Shown one piece after another: positions 30,091 to 39,498 of a stretch of 64,000 nt of DNA (positions are counted from its first letter, which is position 1; each line of letters starts with the position of its first letter). The stretch lies in the sequence record DRR378314_107; one strand, 5' to 3'. The position numbers were made by a program, and so were the translations under genes. The notes beneath the pieces were generated by a model. That model was not told the origin of the DNA and did no database searches. It saw nothing but the letters and a program-made list of their open reading frames with translations.

Positions 30091-31239
30091 TTAGAATTTC
30101 AACTGCGCGCCCAGGGACACCGACCAGGGGTCCCGGTTAGCCAGCGTCGCCAGCTTATCGCCATGGGCGTAATCGACGCCCTTGTAGGCGGCGTTTTCGC
30201 CGTTCTCCGTGGTGGTGGCCATGGCGTGCAGCAGCACTCTGTCGTTCAGTGCATGGAAGACACCCAGGCTGTACTGGTCGGCGTCATCGTCGCTGGCCTC
30301 GCTCTCCTCGGCGTGGTTCCACTGCGCCGCCAGGGTCCAGCGTGGCACCAGGGTGTAGAACAGCTGCAGGCCATAGGCTTCGCGGTCAAAGGGCGCGAAG
30401 TTCTCCGGGCTGACATCCTCATACAGCCCGCTCACCGTCACCGGGCCCATACGGTAACGCAGCGAGCCTCGATAGGCGTCGAGCTCTCCGGTACCGAAGA
30501 AATCGGAGTAGCGAATGAACGCCGCGTTGACATCCAGCACCCCGGGGTTCCAGCGCAACCAACCGCTGTAACTGGCACGGTCATTATCATCCACCGACTT
30601 GATGGAGCCTTGCTGATCGGCCGCGTACTGCAACGCCAGCGAAACGTCGCCTTTCTTTATTTTCCAGTTGAGGCTGTTGGCGCCGAGCAGATCAAGGCGC
30701 GCGCCGGAGCCGTTCGCCGCGGCACCCAGAATAGCGTGGCTGTCGGCGTTGGTGGTATTGAAAAAACCGAGGTACTGAACGCCCATATTCTTGAAGGGTG
30801 TATTCACCTGGCCGACCAGAAAGGTGCCCGCCGGGCTTTGCAAACCGAGAAAGGAATCACGGGTGGTCCAGACATCGCCCGGATCGTCGTCATCAATGTC
30901 GACCTGCTGTTCGTACTGCCACAGGAACATGTAGCGGTTATCCAACGGCACCTCGCCGCGAAAACCGATCATGCTGGTGTTGCTGGAAACACTCAGATCG
31001 CCGTCCGACAACAGCGGATCGGCGTCGGCTTCATCGGCGCTCACATCGGCATCCGAATAGTCCACCGACAGTCGCAACGCGCCGTAGACCTCAAGCGGTT
31101 CATGGATAGCGCCTTCCGGGTTGGTGACCTGGTCCAGCACCTGCACCGCGGCCCCCTGGCTTACCACCGGCAGAGCGGCGGCGGCAAGAACGGCAAGCCC
31201 CCTGGGCATAACGGTCAGGCAGGTTTTCTTTATTGTCAT
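30091..31239 (-). CDS. Gram-negative porin
   Basis: Signal peptide; VYGALRLSVDY, SSNTSMIGFRG, TRDSFLGL; C-terminal F. Confidence 0.88.
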   Translation of the reverse strand: MTIKKTCLTVMPRGLAVLAAAALPVVSQGAAVQVLDQVTNPEGAIHEPLEVYGALRLSVDYSDADVSADEADADPLLSDGDLSVSSNTSMIGFRGEVPLDNRYMFLWQYEQQVDIDDDDPGDVWTTRDSFLGLQSPAGTFLVGQVNTPFKNMGVQYLGFFNTTNADSHAILGAAANGSGARLDLLGANSLNWKIKKGDVSLALQYAADQQGSIKSVDDNDRASYSGWLRWNPGVLDVNAAFIRYSDFFGTGELDAYRGSLRYRMGPVTVSGLYEDVSPENFAPFDREAYGLQLFYTLVPRWTLAAQWNHAEESEASDDDADQYSLGVFHALNDRVLLHAMATTTENGENAAYKGVDYAHGDKLATLANRDPWSVSLGAQLKF

Positions 31240-31269
31240 GATGTGTCTCCTCGAGCGTTTGTTATGGTA

Positions 31270-32517
31270 TTAAGGCTGCCGTGCCAAACGCGCCGCTTCG
31301 GACCGATAGATCTGTGCGGACACGAAGGACGTTGATGATTCGGCAAGCTCTTCAAGAAGTTCCGCTTTCATGGCACGGGCATCCCGTGCGTAGCTGTCGC
31401 CGGGGTTTTCCGGCGCCAGCAGGTCCAAGACATGCAGCGCCAGTTGCGGGCGCTTGTTGTCACGGTGCGCTTGAGCGCAACGCAGAAGGTGATCCGGATC
31501 CGCCACCGCCTCGCGCAGGGCGGCATTGACCGCTTCGGGCGCGGCGGGGTGAAGATGGGTAGGGTTGCGGTCCCACCAGCCGTTTTCCGAGCGCCAGATA
31601 TCACGCACGATGTACTCGGGCATACCGTAGCTGGGGCGCATGAACGGGTGTCCGAAAATCGCTTCCGGATACTCCATGTCATGCAGAATTTCCCACTCGG
31701 TCATTCCCCGGTTCATGCGCCGCACGGTTTCACGGCGCAGATAACGCAGCGCGTCCACCGTCAACCGCAGGGTCCGGCGCACGTCCTCGGCGCCCTCCAC
31801 CGGCCGGCCGAATTCAGGAATCAGAACGTCCGCATCAAGCGTCATAAGACGCTCCATGGTGTCGGCCCAGCGCACCGGATCACGCAATGTACGCAGCGGC
31901 GTACCGATATTGGGAATCGATTTGATAAACGCCGGTCCGGCGTACAGCACGCGGCAATCCGGCAACCACAACGCCATGGCATCGTCGGTTTCCGAGGGCG
32001 CCGCCAGCACTTCCACCTTGCGATCGCCACCGTCGATAACGTGGCGCTCGTCGAACTCCACGGTCGGCAGGGTGAACCACTTCGGCGGCGGCTCCTCGGG
32101 CATTCGCGAGTTGAACTGAATGCCGTTGAGGTGCCTCTGCAGGCCCCAGGTTTCCTGATAGCGCCGGTAGCGCCGCGCCAGACGCGCCTGGGCAATACGC
32201 TGCGGTGGCGGATCGCCACGGCGCTCGGCGTCTTCCAGCCAGTAGCTCATGCCGAGGTTGTAGCCGATATGACCGTGGCTGTAGACGATGGCCAGTAACG
32301 GCTTATCCGATAGCGCCCGGACCTGCTCGACCATGGCGCGGGTGACTTTACCGCCCGGGCCGCTGTCGGTAAGAATCAGACCGCGCTCGGTTTCCACCAG
32401 AACGCTGTTGCCCTGGCCGCCGACCAGATGCACGCCTTCAGCCACGCGTACCACTTTGTGATCGGCGAGCAGAAAATCACTGACCCTATCGGTATCGGTG
32501 TCTTGTTGTTCTTTCAT
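31270..32517 (-). CDS. Alkylsulfatase-type MBL-fold protein with degenerate metal site
   Basis: HGHIGY instead of HxHxDH, ETDDA, AGP instead of GD, IPEFG instead of PGHG; dimerization motif GWWDRNPTHLHP intact. Confidence 0.8.
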   Translation of the reverse strand: MKEQQDTDTDRVSDFLLADHKVVRVAEGVHLVGGQGNSVLVETERGLILTDSGPGGKVTRAMVEQVRALSDKPLLAIVYSHGHIGYNLGMSYWLEDAERRGDPPPQRIAQARLARRYRRYQETWGLQRHLNGIQFNSRMPEEPPPKWFTLPTVEFDERHVIDGGDRKVEVLAAPSETDDAMALWLPDCRVLYAGPAFIKSIPNIGTPLRTLRDPVRWADTMERLMTLDADVLIPEFGRPVEGAEDVRRTLRLTVDALRYLRRETVRRMNRGMTEWEILHDMEYPEAIFGHPFMRPSYGMPEYIVRDIWRSENGWWDRNPTHLHPAAPEAVNAALREAVADPDHLLRCAQAHRDNKRPQLALHVLDLLAPENPGDSYARDARAMKAELLEELAESSTSFVSAQIYRSEAARLARQP

Positions 32518-32629
32518 GACGAATCTCCTTCTCGGGTGTTGGTGCCGCCCAACGGCGGACAAGACCCTCCCCGGCCGGCGGCCCGCCAGGCCGCCGGTTA
32601 GTGTTGTTCAGGGCAAAGAGCCGGCGCCG

Positions 32630-33913
32630 TTAGTCGACGCGCACCACCCGTGGCAAACGATAGCGGCCGTTACGCAGCGCGGACTTCGCCATATAGCCTC
32701 GGAAGATCATGGCGAACGGCTTCTCCGGCGCGGGCAACCAGTTGTTTTCGCGCCCCTCTCCCGGGTTATCAGCGCCGATCCAGATGTCCAGCGAACCGTC
32801 TTCGTTCCAGGTCAGCCCGGGGGAACGGTCGCCGATGGCATAGCGACGCAACGGTGTGTCCGCGAAGAAAAACTGACCGTCGTCCATGGCTTCATACAGG
32901 CTGAGAGACCAGAACGAATCGAGCGGCGGCATCTCGCCGGCGGGGAAATGCAAACGGTAATTGCGCTTGCCGTCGAACAGACCACGCTCCTGATCGCCGT
33001 CGGCGCGCATGTACATCGCCTCTTCCACGGGCAGTGCCCCCAGGCCGCCCACCGCGATGACCGCGCGCAGCAGATAGTCCTGCCCGAAGTCGCCGGTGCG
33101 GCCGCTGGGGTAAGTCCAGCCTTCCACCACCGCGCCACGGGCGCCCTGCACGGTGACCAGAAAATCCCTGGCCGCCTCGATGCCCTCTTCAATGGCGCGC
33201 GCCTGTTCCGCATCGAAACGCGACACGTCGAAGTGCTGATGGGGCCCGATGCCCAGGGGCGCGATCTTGCGCAGTATTCCCAGATCGGTGGCCGGCGGCG
33301 GCTCCCGGCGCAGCAGCTCGTTGGCGGCTTTCAGGTACTGATCCCAGGGCGCGTCGCGGAGCACCGGCTCCCCTTCGGTGACGTCTTCGGTGGGCGCATC
33401 CTTATTGATGAATAAGCCGTCCTGGACCGCGCAGGCGTCCGCCAGGTCTTCCGGCCCGTCGACCAGAACCCGGCCCAGCGCCCACACTCTCGGCGTCGGT
33501 GCACGCACCACGTTACCGGCGCCTTCGGGAATAGCATGGCGCGGGCCGACAATGGTGTATTCGCCGCCGCCGTTGCCGGTGGTGCGGGTACCCAGGATCG
33601 CGAAGTTGTTGGTGTACATATCCATGAACGCCAGCGAGAAGTAGCGCTCACCGGTGTCGGGCACGGTGATCGTCAACGGGCCCCGGGACAGATCCAGCCA
33701 GGCGTCCGAATAGAGCGTGTCGTTATTGGGCGTGGTGATCCAACGGCTGCGGTGGTTAAGCAGCTTGCGCGCGTGGTTGAACACGTTGGCGCCATTGCGC
33801 AGGCGCCATTTGCGCGTGGTTTCCATAATCACCAACGGCACCGTGTACAGATAGGCCTGTCTGGCCAGCTCGCGCAGTTCGGTCGGATCAACAACGGGGT
33901 GGTCGTTCTTCAT
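32630..33913 (-). CDS. DUF1254/DUF1214 domain protein
   Basis: TPNNDTLYSDAWLDLS, DMYTNNF, YLLRAVIA, EEAMY, FWSLSLY, NWLPAP. No signal peptide seen. Confidence 0.88.
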   Translation of the reverse strand: MKNDHPVVDPTELRELARQAYLYTVPLVIMETTRKWRLRNGANVFNHARKLLNHRSRWITTPNNDTLYSDAWLDLSRGPLTITVPDTGERYFSLAFMDMYTNNFAILGTRTTGNGGGEYTIVGPRHAIPEGAGNVVRAPTPRVWALGRVLVDGPEDLADACAVQDGLFINKDAPTEDVTEGEPVLRDAPWDQYLKAANELLRREPPPATDLGILRKIAPLGIGPHQHFDVSRFDAEQARAIEEGIEAARDFLVTVQGARGAVVEGWTYPSGRTGDFGQDYLLRAVIAVGGLGALPVEEAMYMRADGDQERGLFDGKRNYRLHFPAGEMPPLDSFWSLSLYEAMDDGQFFFADTPLRRYAIGDRSPGLTWNEDGSLDIWIGADNPGEGRENNWLPAPEKPFAMIFRGYMAKSALRNGRYRLPRVVRVD

Positions 33914-36063
33914 ACTGATTCCTTATTGTTTACTTCACGGCCGCTGACGCGACCGATAACCAAGGCATCCAGCGCCACCGCGCCCCGACCTTCGGGGCGA
34001 ACCAGCACCGGGTTGATATCCAGGCTTTCCAGACTGTCGCCGGCGGAAACCGCGAATTCGGAAACCTTCACCAGCAGTGCCGCGAGCGCCTCCACGTCGG
34101 CGCGCGACCGGCCACGGGCGCCGAACAGCAGATCGCGACCGCGCAGTTCGTCGATCATGGCCAGCGCCATAGAAGGGGTCAGCGGGGCCGTGCGGAAGCT
34201 CACATCGCCGAGCACTTCGACAAATACGCCGCCCAGGCCCAGCATCACCACGGGGCCGAAAGCCGGGTCCCGCTGCACGCCGACAATGCACTCCACGCCT
34301 TCGCCCTCCATGGGCGACAGCAGCACGCCGTCCAGCCGCGCATCGGGACAGGCTTCACGGGCGGCACGAGTGATTTCGGTGTAGGCGCGCGTGACCGCGT
34401 CGGCGTCGGCGAGATTGAGGCGCACACCGCCGATATCGGATTTATGGCCGATATCGGCCGAGGCGATTTTGGCGACCAGCGGATAGCCGAGCGCGTCGCC
34501 CGCCGCGGCGGCCTGTTCGGCGGAGGTGACCAGCCGGTGGTCCGGCACCGGCACGGCGGCGCCCGCCAACAAGGCAAAGCTGTCGGCTTCGGAGTGGGTT
34601 TCAGGCGCCAGACTTACCGGCGTGACCGGCGCACCGGGCGAGTCTTCCCCGGGCTTCGCGGCAAAGCCGCGGGCGAAACCGGCCAGCGCCGCCAGCGCCC
34701 GCACCGCGCGGCTGGGGTCTTCAAACGCCAGGCAGCCGTTGTCCTCAAGCAGGCGCCGCACTTCCGGTTTGAACACCGATACCGCGCTGAACAGGCGATC
34801 CGGGTAACGGTGCCTGACCGCCACGATCTGACGGACGATTTCCTCGCCCATGGGCCCGCCGCCGGCGGCCGCCAGGAACGAGAGCATCACCCCGTAGTCG
34901 CCCTGTTCCAGCATGATGTCCAGGCTGGTTTCAAACAGGCTCAGGTCGTTGGTGATCTGTCCGGTGATGTCGACCGGGTTGCGCGGCGCCGCGAACGGAA
35001 CCAGTTCGCGAATCCGTTGTTGTCCGGTCTCGCTCAACTCGGGCAGCGTGAGCCCGGCTTCATCGGCGGCATCGGCGATCAACACCCCGGCGCCGCCGGA
35101 CACCGTGAACACACCCAGGTTGGCGTTTTTCGGCAGGCCAGCCACGGACACCGCATAACCGATGTCGAAGAACTCTTCGATGGAGTGTGCCCGGTACACG
35201 CCGTACTGGCGGAACACCGCGTCGAACACCGCGTCTTCGCCGGCCAGCGCGGCGGTATGCGACGCCGCCGCCTGGGCGCCGATCTCGGTGCGGCCCACCT
35301 TGGTGATCACCACCGGTTTGCCGGCGGCGCGGGCGTCCGCCAGGGCGCGTTCCAGTTTGCGGCCGTCGCGGCAGCCTTCCATGTACCCCAGGATCACATC
35401 GGTATCGGGATCCTTGGCGAGCCAGGCCACGCAGTCGGCGAAATCCACGCCACCCTCGTTACCGGTGGTGATCCAGTAGCTGAGGCCGAGCCCACGCTCG
35501 CGGGCCAGGGTAAACGCGTAGGCACCGTAGGCGCCGCTCTGGCTCACCAGGCCGATGCGACCAGCCTTCGCCACGCCCTGGCCGACCACCGGCGAAAAGG
35601 TGGCGAACACCTTGTCGGCGAGATTCATAAAGCCCAGGCAGTTGGGCCCGAGAACCCGCACCCCGGCCTGTTGCGCCCGGGCGACCAGATCCCCTTGAAC
35701 GCGCGCGCCCTCATCACTGATCTCCGCAAAACCGGAGGAGAACAGCACGATGCCGCTGACGCCGGCGGCGATGGCGTCATCCACCGCGGTCGGGGCCATG
35801 GCCGCGGGCACCGCGATAATCGCCAGGTCCACCTTGCCTTTTACCTCGCCAATCGCGGGGTACGCTTTCAAGCCCTGAATCTCCGAGGCTTTCGGATTGA
35901 TCGGATAGATCGCCCCGGCGAACCCCTGGGCAAGCAGGAATGCGATCGGCAGCCCGCCGATTTTGGTGGGCGTTGAAGAGGCGCCGATCACCGCCACCGA
36001 GCGGGGTTTGAACAGGGGGTCCAGGGAATTGGTATTCACTTCCGGAGTCGTGACCACACCCAT
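33910..36063 (-). CDS. ADP-forming acetate/acyl-CoA ligase (alpha-beta fusion)
   Basis: PRSVAVIGAS, GPNCLG, SQSG, phospho-His SHTAALAG, NPVD, ATP-grasp HKSDIGGV and DINP. Confidence 0.9.
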   Translation of the reverse strand: MGVVTTPEVNTNSLDPLFKPRSVAVIGASSTPTKIGGLPIAFLLAQGFAGAIYPINPKASEIQGLKAYPAIGEVKGKVDLAIIAVPAAMAPTAVDDAIAAGVSGIVLFSSGFAEISDEGARVQGDLVARAQQAGVRVLGPNCLGFMNLADKVFATFSPVVGQGVAKAGRIGLVSQSGAYGAYAFTLARERGLGLSYWITTGNEGGVDFADCVAWLAKDPDTDVILGYMEGCRDGRKLERALADARAAGKPVVITKVGRTEIGAQAAASHTAALAGEDAVFDAVFRQYGVYRAHSIEEFFDIGYAVSVAGLPKNANLGVFTVSGGAGVLIADAADEAGLTLPELSETGQQRIRELVPFAAPRNPVDITGQITNDLSLFETSLDIMLEQGDYGVMLSFLAAAGGGPMGEEIVRQIVAVRHRYPDRLFSAVSVFKPEVRRLLEDNGCLAFEDPSRAVRALAALAGFARGFAAKPGEDSPGAPVTPVSLAPETHSEADSFALLAGAAVPVPDHRLVTSAEQAAAAGDALGYPLVAKIASADIGHKSDIGGVRLNLADADAVTRAYTEITRAAREACPDARLDGVLLSPMEGEGVECIVGVQRDPAFGPVVMLGLGGVFVEVLGDVSFRTAPLTPSMALAMIDELRGRDLLFGARGRSRADVEALAALLVKVSEFAVSAGDSLESLDINPVLVRPEGRGAVALDALVIGRVSGREVNNKESV

Positions 36064-37097
36064 TACTTGGCCTCCGGCGGAACCGCGCTGTCGGGCACGT
36101 CCATGCCGATCTCGCGGTAGTAGCGCAGCGCACCGGGATGCAGTTTGCCGTTCATCTGGCGCAACGCATTGTCCTTGTTAATGGTTTCCATGAACCGGGC
36201 GGCGTTATGAAAGGTGTCGAGATTCTCGAAAATGGCTTTGGTGACCTGATAGACCAGCTCCTCATCAACGCCCTTATGCGTACCCAGACTCACCCAGGTG
36301 CCGACTGCTTTAACCGGCTCGCTGTTGACCTGGTTATCGCCGTAAATATCGGAGGGAATTTCCATAATGGTGCGGCCCGGCAGACTCATAACCGCCTTCA
36401 TGGGTTCGGTATCCATGGCTTCATCCGGAATGCCCAGGAAGCGCACTTTCCGCAGCAACACCAGTTGCTCGATGGACGCGGACGGCAGCTCGGTGGGGCC
36501 GATGTAGAGATCGACCTGCCCGTCCTGGAACGCCTGGCTGCCGGAGCCCCAGTCCAGCTTCGCCATCTTGTAATCGCGGCCGGCCTGGTACCCAGTGGCG
36601 CCTTCGATCACCGACATCGCCACCAGGGTGGCGGCGCCGCCCGGCGGGCCGATGAAAACACGCTTGCCTTTGATCTCTTTCAGCGAGGTGATACCGGAAT
36701 CCGCGGCCGCCATGATGTGATAGGGGCCGAGCGGGAAGTTCATCACCTGGCGCACGTTTTTATACAACTCCGGGGCCCGCTCCATATTGGCGAACATGGC
36801 GGTGCCGGAACTCATGAACTGGTTGATCGAAGGCGCGCCGATAAAGAAATCGACCTGGCCTTTGGCGGCGTCCAGCGTGGAGCGCGTGGACGACATTCCG
36901 GCGGTCATGTTGACGTCGATGGGCAGGTTCTTCTGCAGCACCGACTGCAGGGTGACCGAGAACACATACGGCGACGACCCGGCGTTGGTGGTGTGCATAC
37001 GGATGTCGGTATTCGCGGCGGCGTGGCTCGCCATAAGGAGGCAGCCGACGGCGACAATCAACCGCATGGTGTTTTTGAAGGAATCTCTGCTTTTCAT
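36063..37097 (-). CDS. TAXI-family TRAP solute-binding protein
   Basis: Signal peptide; LKEIKGKRVFIGPPG, VYQVTKAIFEN, LHPGALRYYRE. Confidence 0.9.
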   Translation of the reverse strand: MKSRDSFKNTMRLIVAVGCLLMASHAAANTDIRMHTTNAGSSPYVFSVTLQSVLQKNLPIDVNMTAGMSSTRSTLDAAKGQVDFFIGAPSINQFMSSGTAMFANMERAPELYKNVRQVMNFPLGPYHIMAAADSGITSLKEIKGKRVFIGPPGGAATLVAMSVIEGATGYQAGRDYKMAKLDWGSGSQAFQDGQVDLYIGPTELPSASIEQLVLLRKVRFLGIPDEAMDTEPMKAVMSLPGRTIMEIPSDIYGDNQVNSEPVKAVGTWVSLGTHKGVDEELVYQVTKAIFENLDTFHNAARFMETINKDNALRQMNGKLHPGALRYYREIGMDVPDSAVPPEAK

Positions 37098-37120
37098 GTA
37101 ACTCTCCCGATATCAGTTTG

Positions 37121-39034
37121 TTATTCGCTTGAAGACTGGCTCAGCGGTGCGCCGGTCCAGCGCCGCTTTAAAGGTTGCAGATAACTCGCGCCCAGAGTGG
37201 CTATCGCCAACACGAAGCCGACCACCTCGAAGCTGGTCCCCTTGGCCACCAGCAAGGCGGCGATGGCGAAGCGGAAAGCGCGCGCCACGGTACCCAGCTT
37301 TATCGCGCCATAGCCGGCGAAGGCGGTGGTCAGCGCCCAGATCACCAGAATGATGCGGGCGACACCCCAGATCAGCGCGCCCCATTCAAAGTGGTCACCG
37401 AGCAACAGCAGGGAAGGATTGAAGACGAAGAGGAACGGCACCACGAAGCCGACCATGGTCAGACGCATGGACACCAGGCTGACCTTGACCGGATTGGCTT
37501 CCGCCAGCGGTGCCGCCGCGAAGGCGGCGATAGCCACCGGCGGCGTGACCGCGGACAGCACACCGAAGTAAAGGACGAACAGATGCGCGGCGACGATCGG
37601 CACATCGAAGCTGGCCAGCGCCGGGCCCATCACCAGCACGATGATCAGATAGGCGGGCAAGGTGGGCATGCCCATGCCCAGGATCAGACAGCCCAGCGCG
37701 GTCAGCAGCAGGCTGATAAACAGGCTTTGTTCGCCCAGCGCCGCCACGGACTGGGCGAAGCTGAGACCTAGACCGGTAAGGTCCATGCCCGCGATCACCA
37801 CGCCGATAGCGCCCACCGCGATCATGATTCTGGAACCTGAGATACCACCGCGGGACAGCGCCGTGATCACTTCCTGCGGGCGGCGCCGCATTTCCGGGTT
37901 AAGGAAGCCGAACACCACGGCGACGATCACCGCCCAGACGCCGGCCATGGCCGGCGAGCGACCACTGGCCAACACCCCGATCACGGTGATCACCGGTGCC
38001 ACGAACATAAGTGACAGCACCCAGTCCTGCCGGGTCAGCACCGGCAGCTCGTCGGCGGGGGTGGGCTTGATACCCTGGCGGCGCGCCTCGTAGAAGACAG
38101 CGCAGAACAGCGCGGCCACATAGAAGAAGGCGGGCAGCAAGGCGGCGACGCAGATCAACAGATAGGGGGTGCCGGTGAGCTGCGCCATCATAAAGGCGGC
38201 GGCGCCCATCACCGGCGGGATCACCTGGCCGCCGGTGGACGCGGCGGCTTCCACCGCCCCCGCGAAGGCCGGGCTGAAGCCACGCCGCTTGATCATGGGA
38301 ATGGTAAAGGCGCCGGTGCCGGCCACATTGGCGGCCACGCTGCCGGACATGGTGCCGAACAGCATGCTGGCGAGAATCGCCGCGTGGGCGGGGCCGCCGG
38401 GCAGCCACCCGGTGACCCGGATCGCCATGCGCACCAGCGCCGGGCCGGCGCCGGTGGCCTCAAGAATGACGCCGAAAATAATGTAGATGAACAACAGCTC
38501 GATCATCACCGCCACCGGGGTACCGAACACCCCGGTAAAGCCGTACCACATGCCCTGCATCACCTGATCCAGGGAAAAGCCGGCGTGGCGCAGCCCGCCG
38601 GGCAGCATTTCACCGAACAGGCAGTACACCAGGGTCACCGCGGCGAACAGCGACAGGCCCAGGCCGAACTCGCGACGGGTCAGCTCAATCAGCGCGATCA
38701 GGCCGCCCAGGGCGATCAACTGATCCAGGCGGCTGTAGTCCACCAGCATGTTCTGCATGCCGTCCGCGTAGGAGACGAAACGCTGGATCGCCAGCAGGAT
38801 CATCGCCACCAGAAGGGCATCCAGCACCCACAACAGGAAACGGGCACCGCGCTGCGACAGCGGGTAGATCGAAACCAGAGGTTTGACACACACCGCCGCG
38901 ACGATGCAGGCGGCGAACGTGAGCGGGCGCTGGTAGCCAGGATCGAAAATCCCGAACAGGGACGTGTAAACGGTCACGCCCGCGAGCACCAGGCCCACGG
39001 CCATGCCAAGTTGCCGTATGGAAAAGGCGAACAC
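37121..39034 (-). CDS. TRAP transporter fused permease (4TM/12TM, TAXI type)
   Basis: GTMSGSVAAN, EAAASTGGQVIPPVMGAAAF, LGMGMPT, TPPVA. GTG start with GGAGG RBS. Confidence 0.92.
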   Translation of the reverse strand: MFAFSIRQLGMAVGLVLAGVTVYTSLFGIFDPGYQRPLTFAACIVAAVCVKPLVSIYPLSQRGARFLLWVLDALLVAMILLAIQRFVSYADGMQNMLVDYSRLDQLIALGGLIALIELTRREFGLGLSLFAAVTLVYCLFGEMLPGGLRHAGFSLDQVMQGMWYGFTGVFGTPVAVMIELLFIYIIFGVILEATGAGPALVRMAIRVTGWLPGGPAHAAILASMLFGTMSGSVAANVAGTGAFTIPMIKRRGFSPAFAGAVEAAASTGGQVIPPVMGAAAFMMAQLTGTPYLLICVAALLPAFFYVAALFCAVFYEARRQGIKPTPADELPVLTRQDWVLSLMFVAPVITVIGVLASGRSPAMAGVWAVIVAVVFGFLNPEMRRRPQEVITALSRGGISGSRIMIAVGAIGVVIAGMDLTGLGLSFAQSVAALGEQSLFISLLLTALGCLILGMGMPTLPAYLIIVLVMGPALASFDVPIVAAHLFVLYFGVLSAVTPPVAIAAFAAAPLAEANPVKVSLVSMRLTMVGFVVPFLFVFNPSLLLLGDHFEWGALIWGVARIILVIWALTTAFAGYGAIKLGTVARAFRFAIAALLVAKGTSFEVVGFVLAIATLGASYLQPLKRRWTGAPLSQSSSE

Positions 39035-39101
39035 TCTCTCCTCCCGCGATCCATCAGGACCGCCTTTATGTTGTTGTTAGTGGTATCTGAGCACGCCCAA
39101 T

Positions 39102-39438
39102 TAATGTGTGTCAATTATATTGTTTGGGCATCAAGTCGAAGACATCGCAACGCGAACGCAAAGGAGAAGCAGCCCTGGGCGACATCGCCAACGAGCGTCA
39201 ACCACAACGGGGAAGGCGGCCGGAAAACAGACAAGACCCACTTTTAAGGCGCCATTTACAGCATAAAGGCGTCTCATCACGCATTTTGAGAACAAACGTA
39301 AACCGACAGGTCAGCCTCCAGCCCCGACCAAAACCAGGCATAAAAGCCTCCCGAACCCCACCGGCGACCCGGGCGTCGAGCGAACAGAAAACGATCATTT
39401 CTGACCGCACTCCTATCTTTTTTAATTGTATGGCATTA
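39102..39438. promoter_or_regulatory. Mirror-placed operator-like boxes TAATTG-N5-CATTA in the divergent intergenic region
   Basis: 39102-39117 on the minus strand reads TAATTGACACACATTA; 39423-39438 on the plus strand reads TAATTGTATGGCATTA. Confidence 0.55.
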
Positions 39439-39498
39439 CTTTAAGTAACACCGGCACGCCCGGATACCGATCCGAACCAAACAAAAAAGGAGAACACA

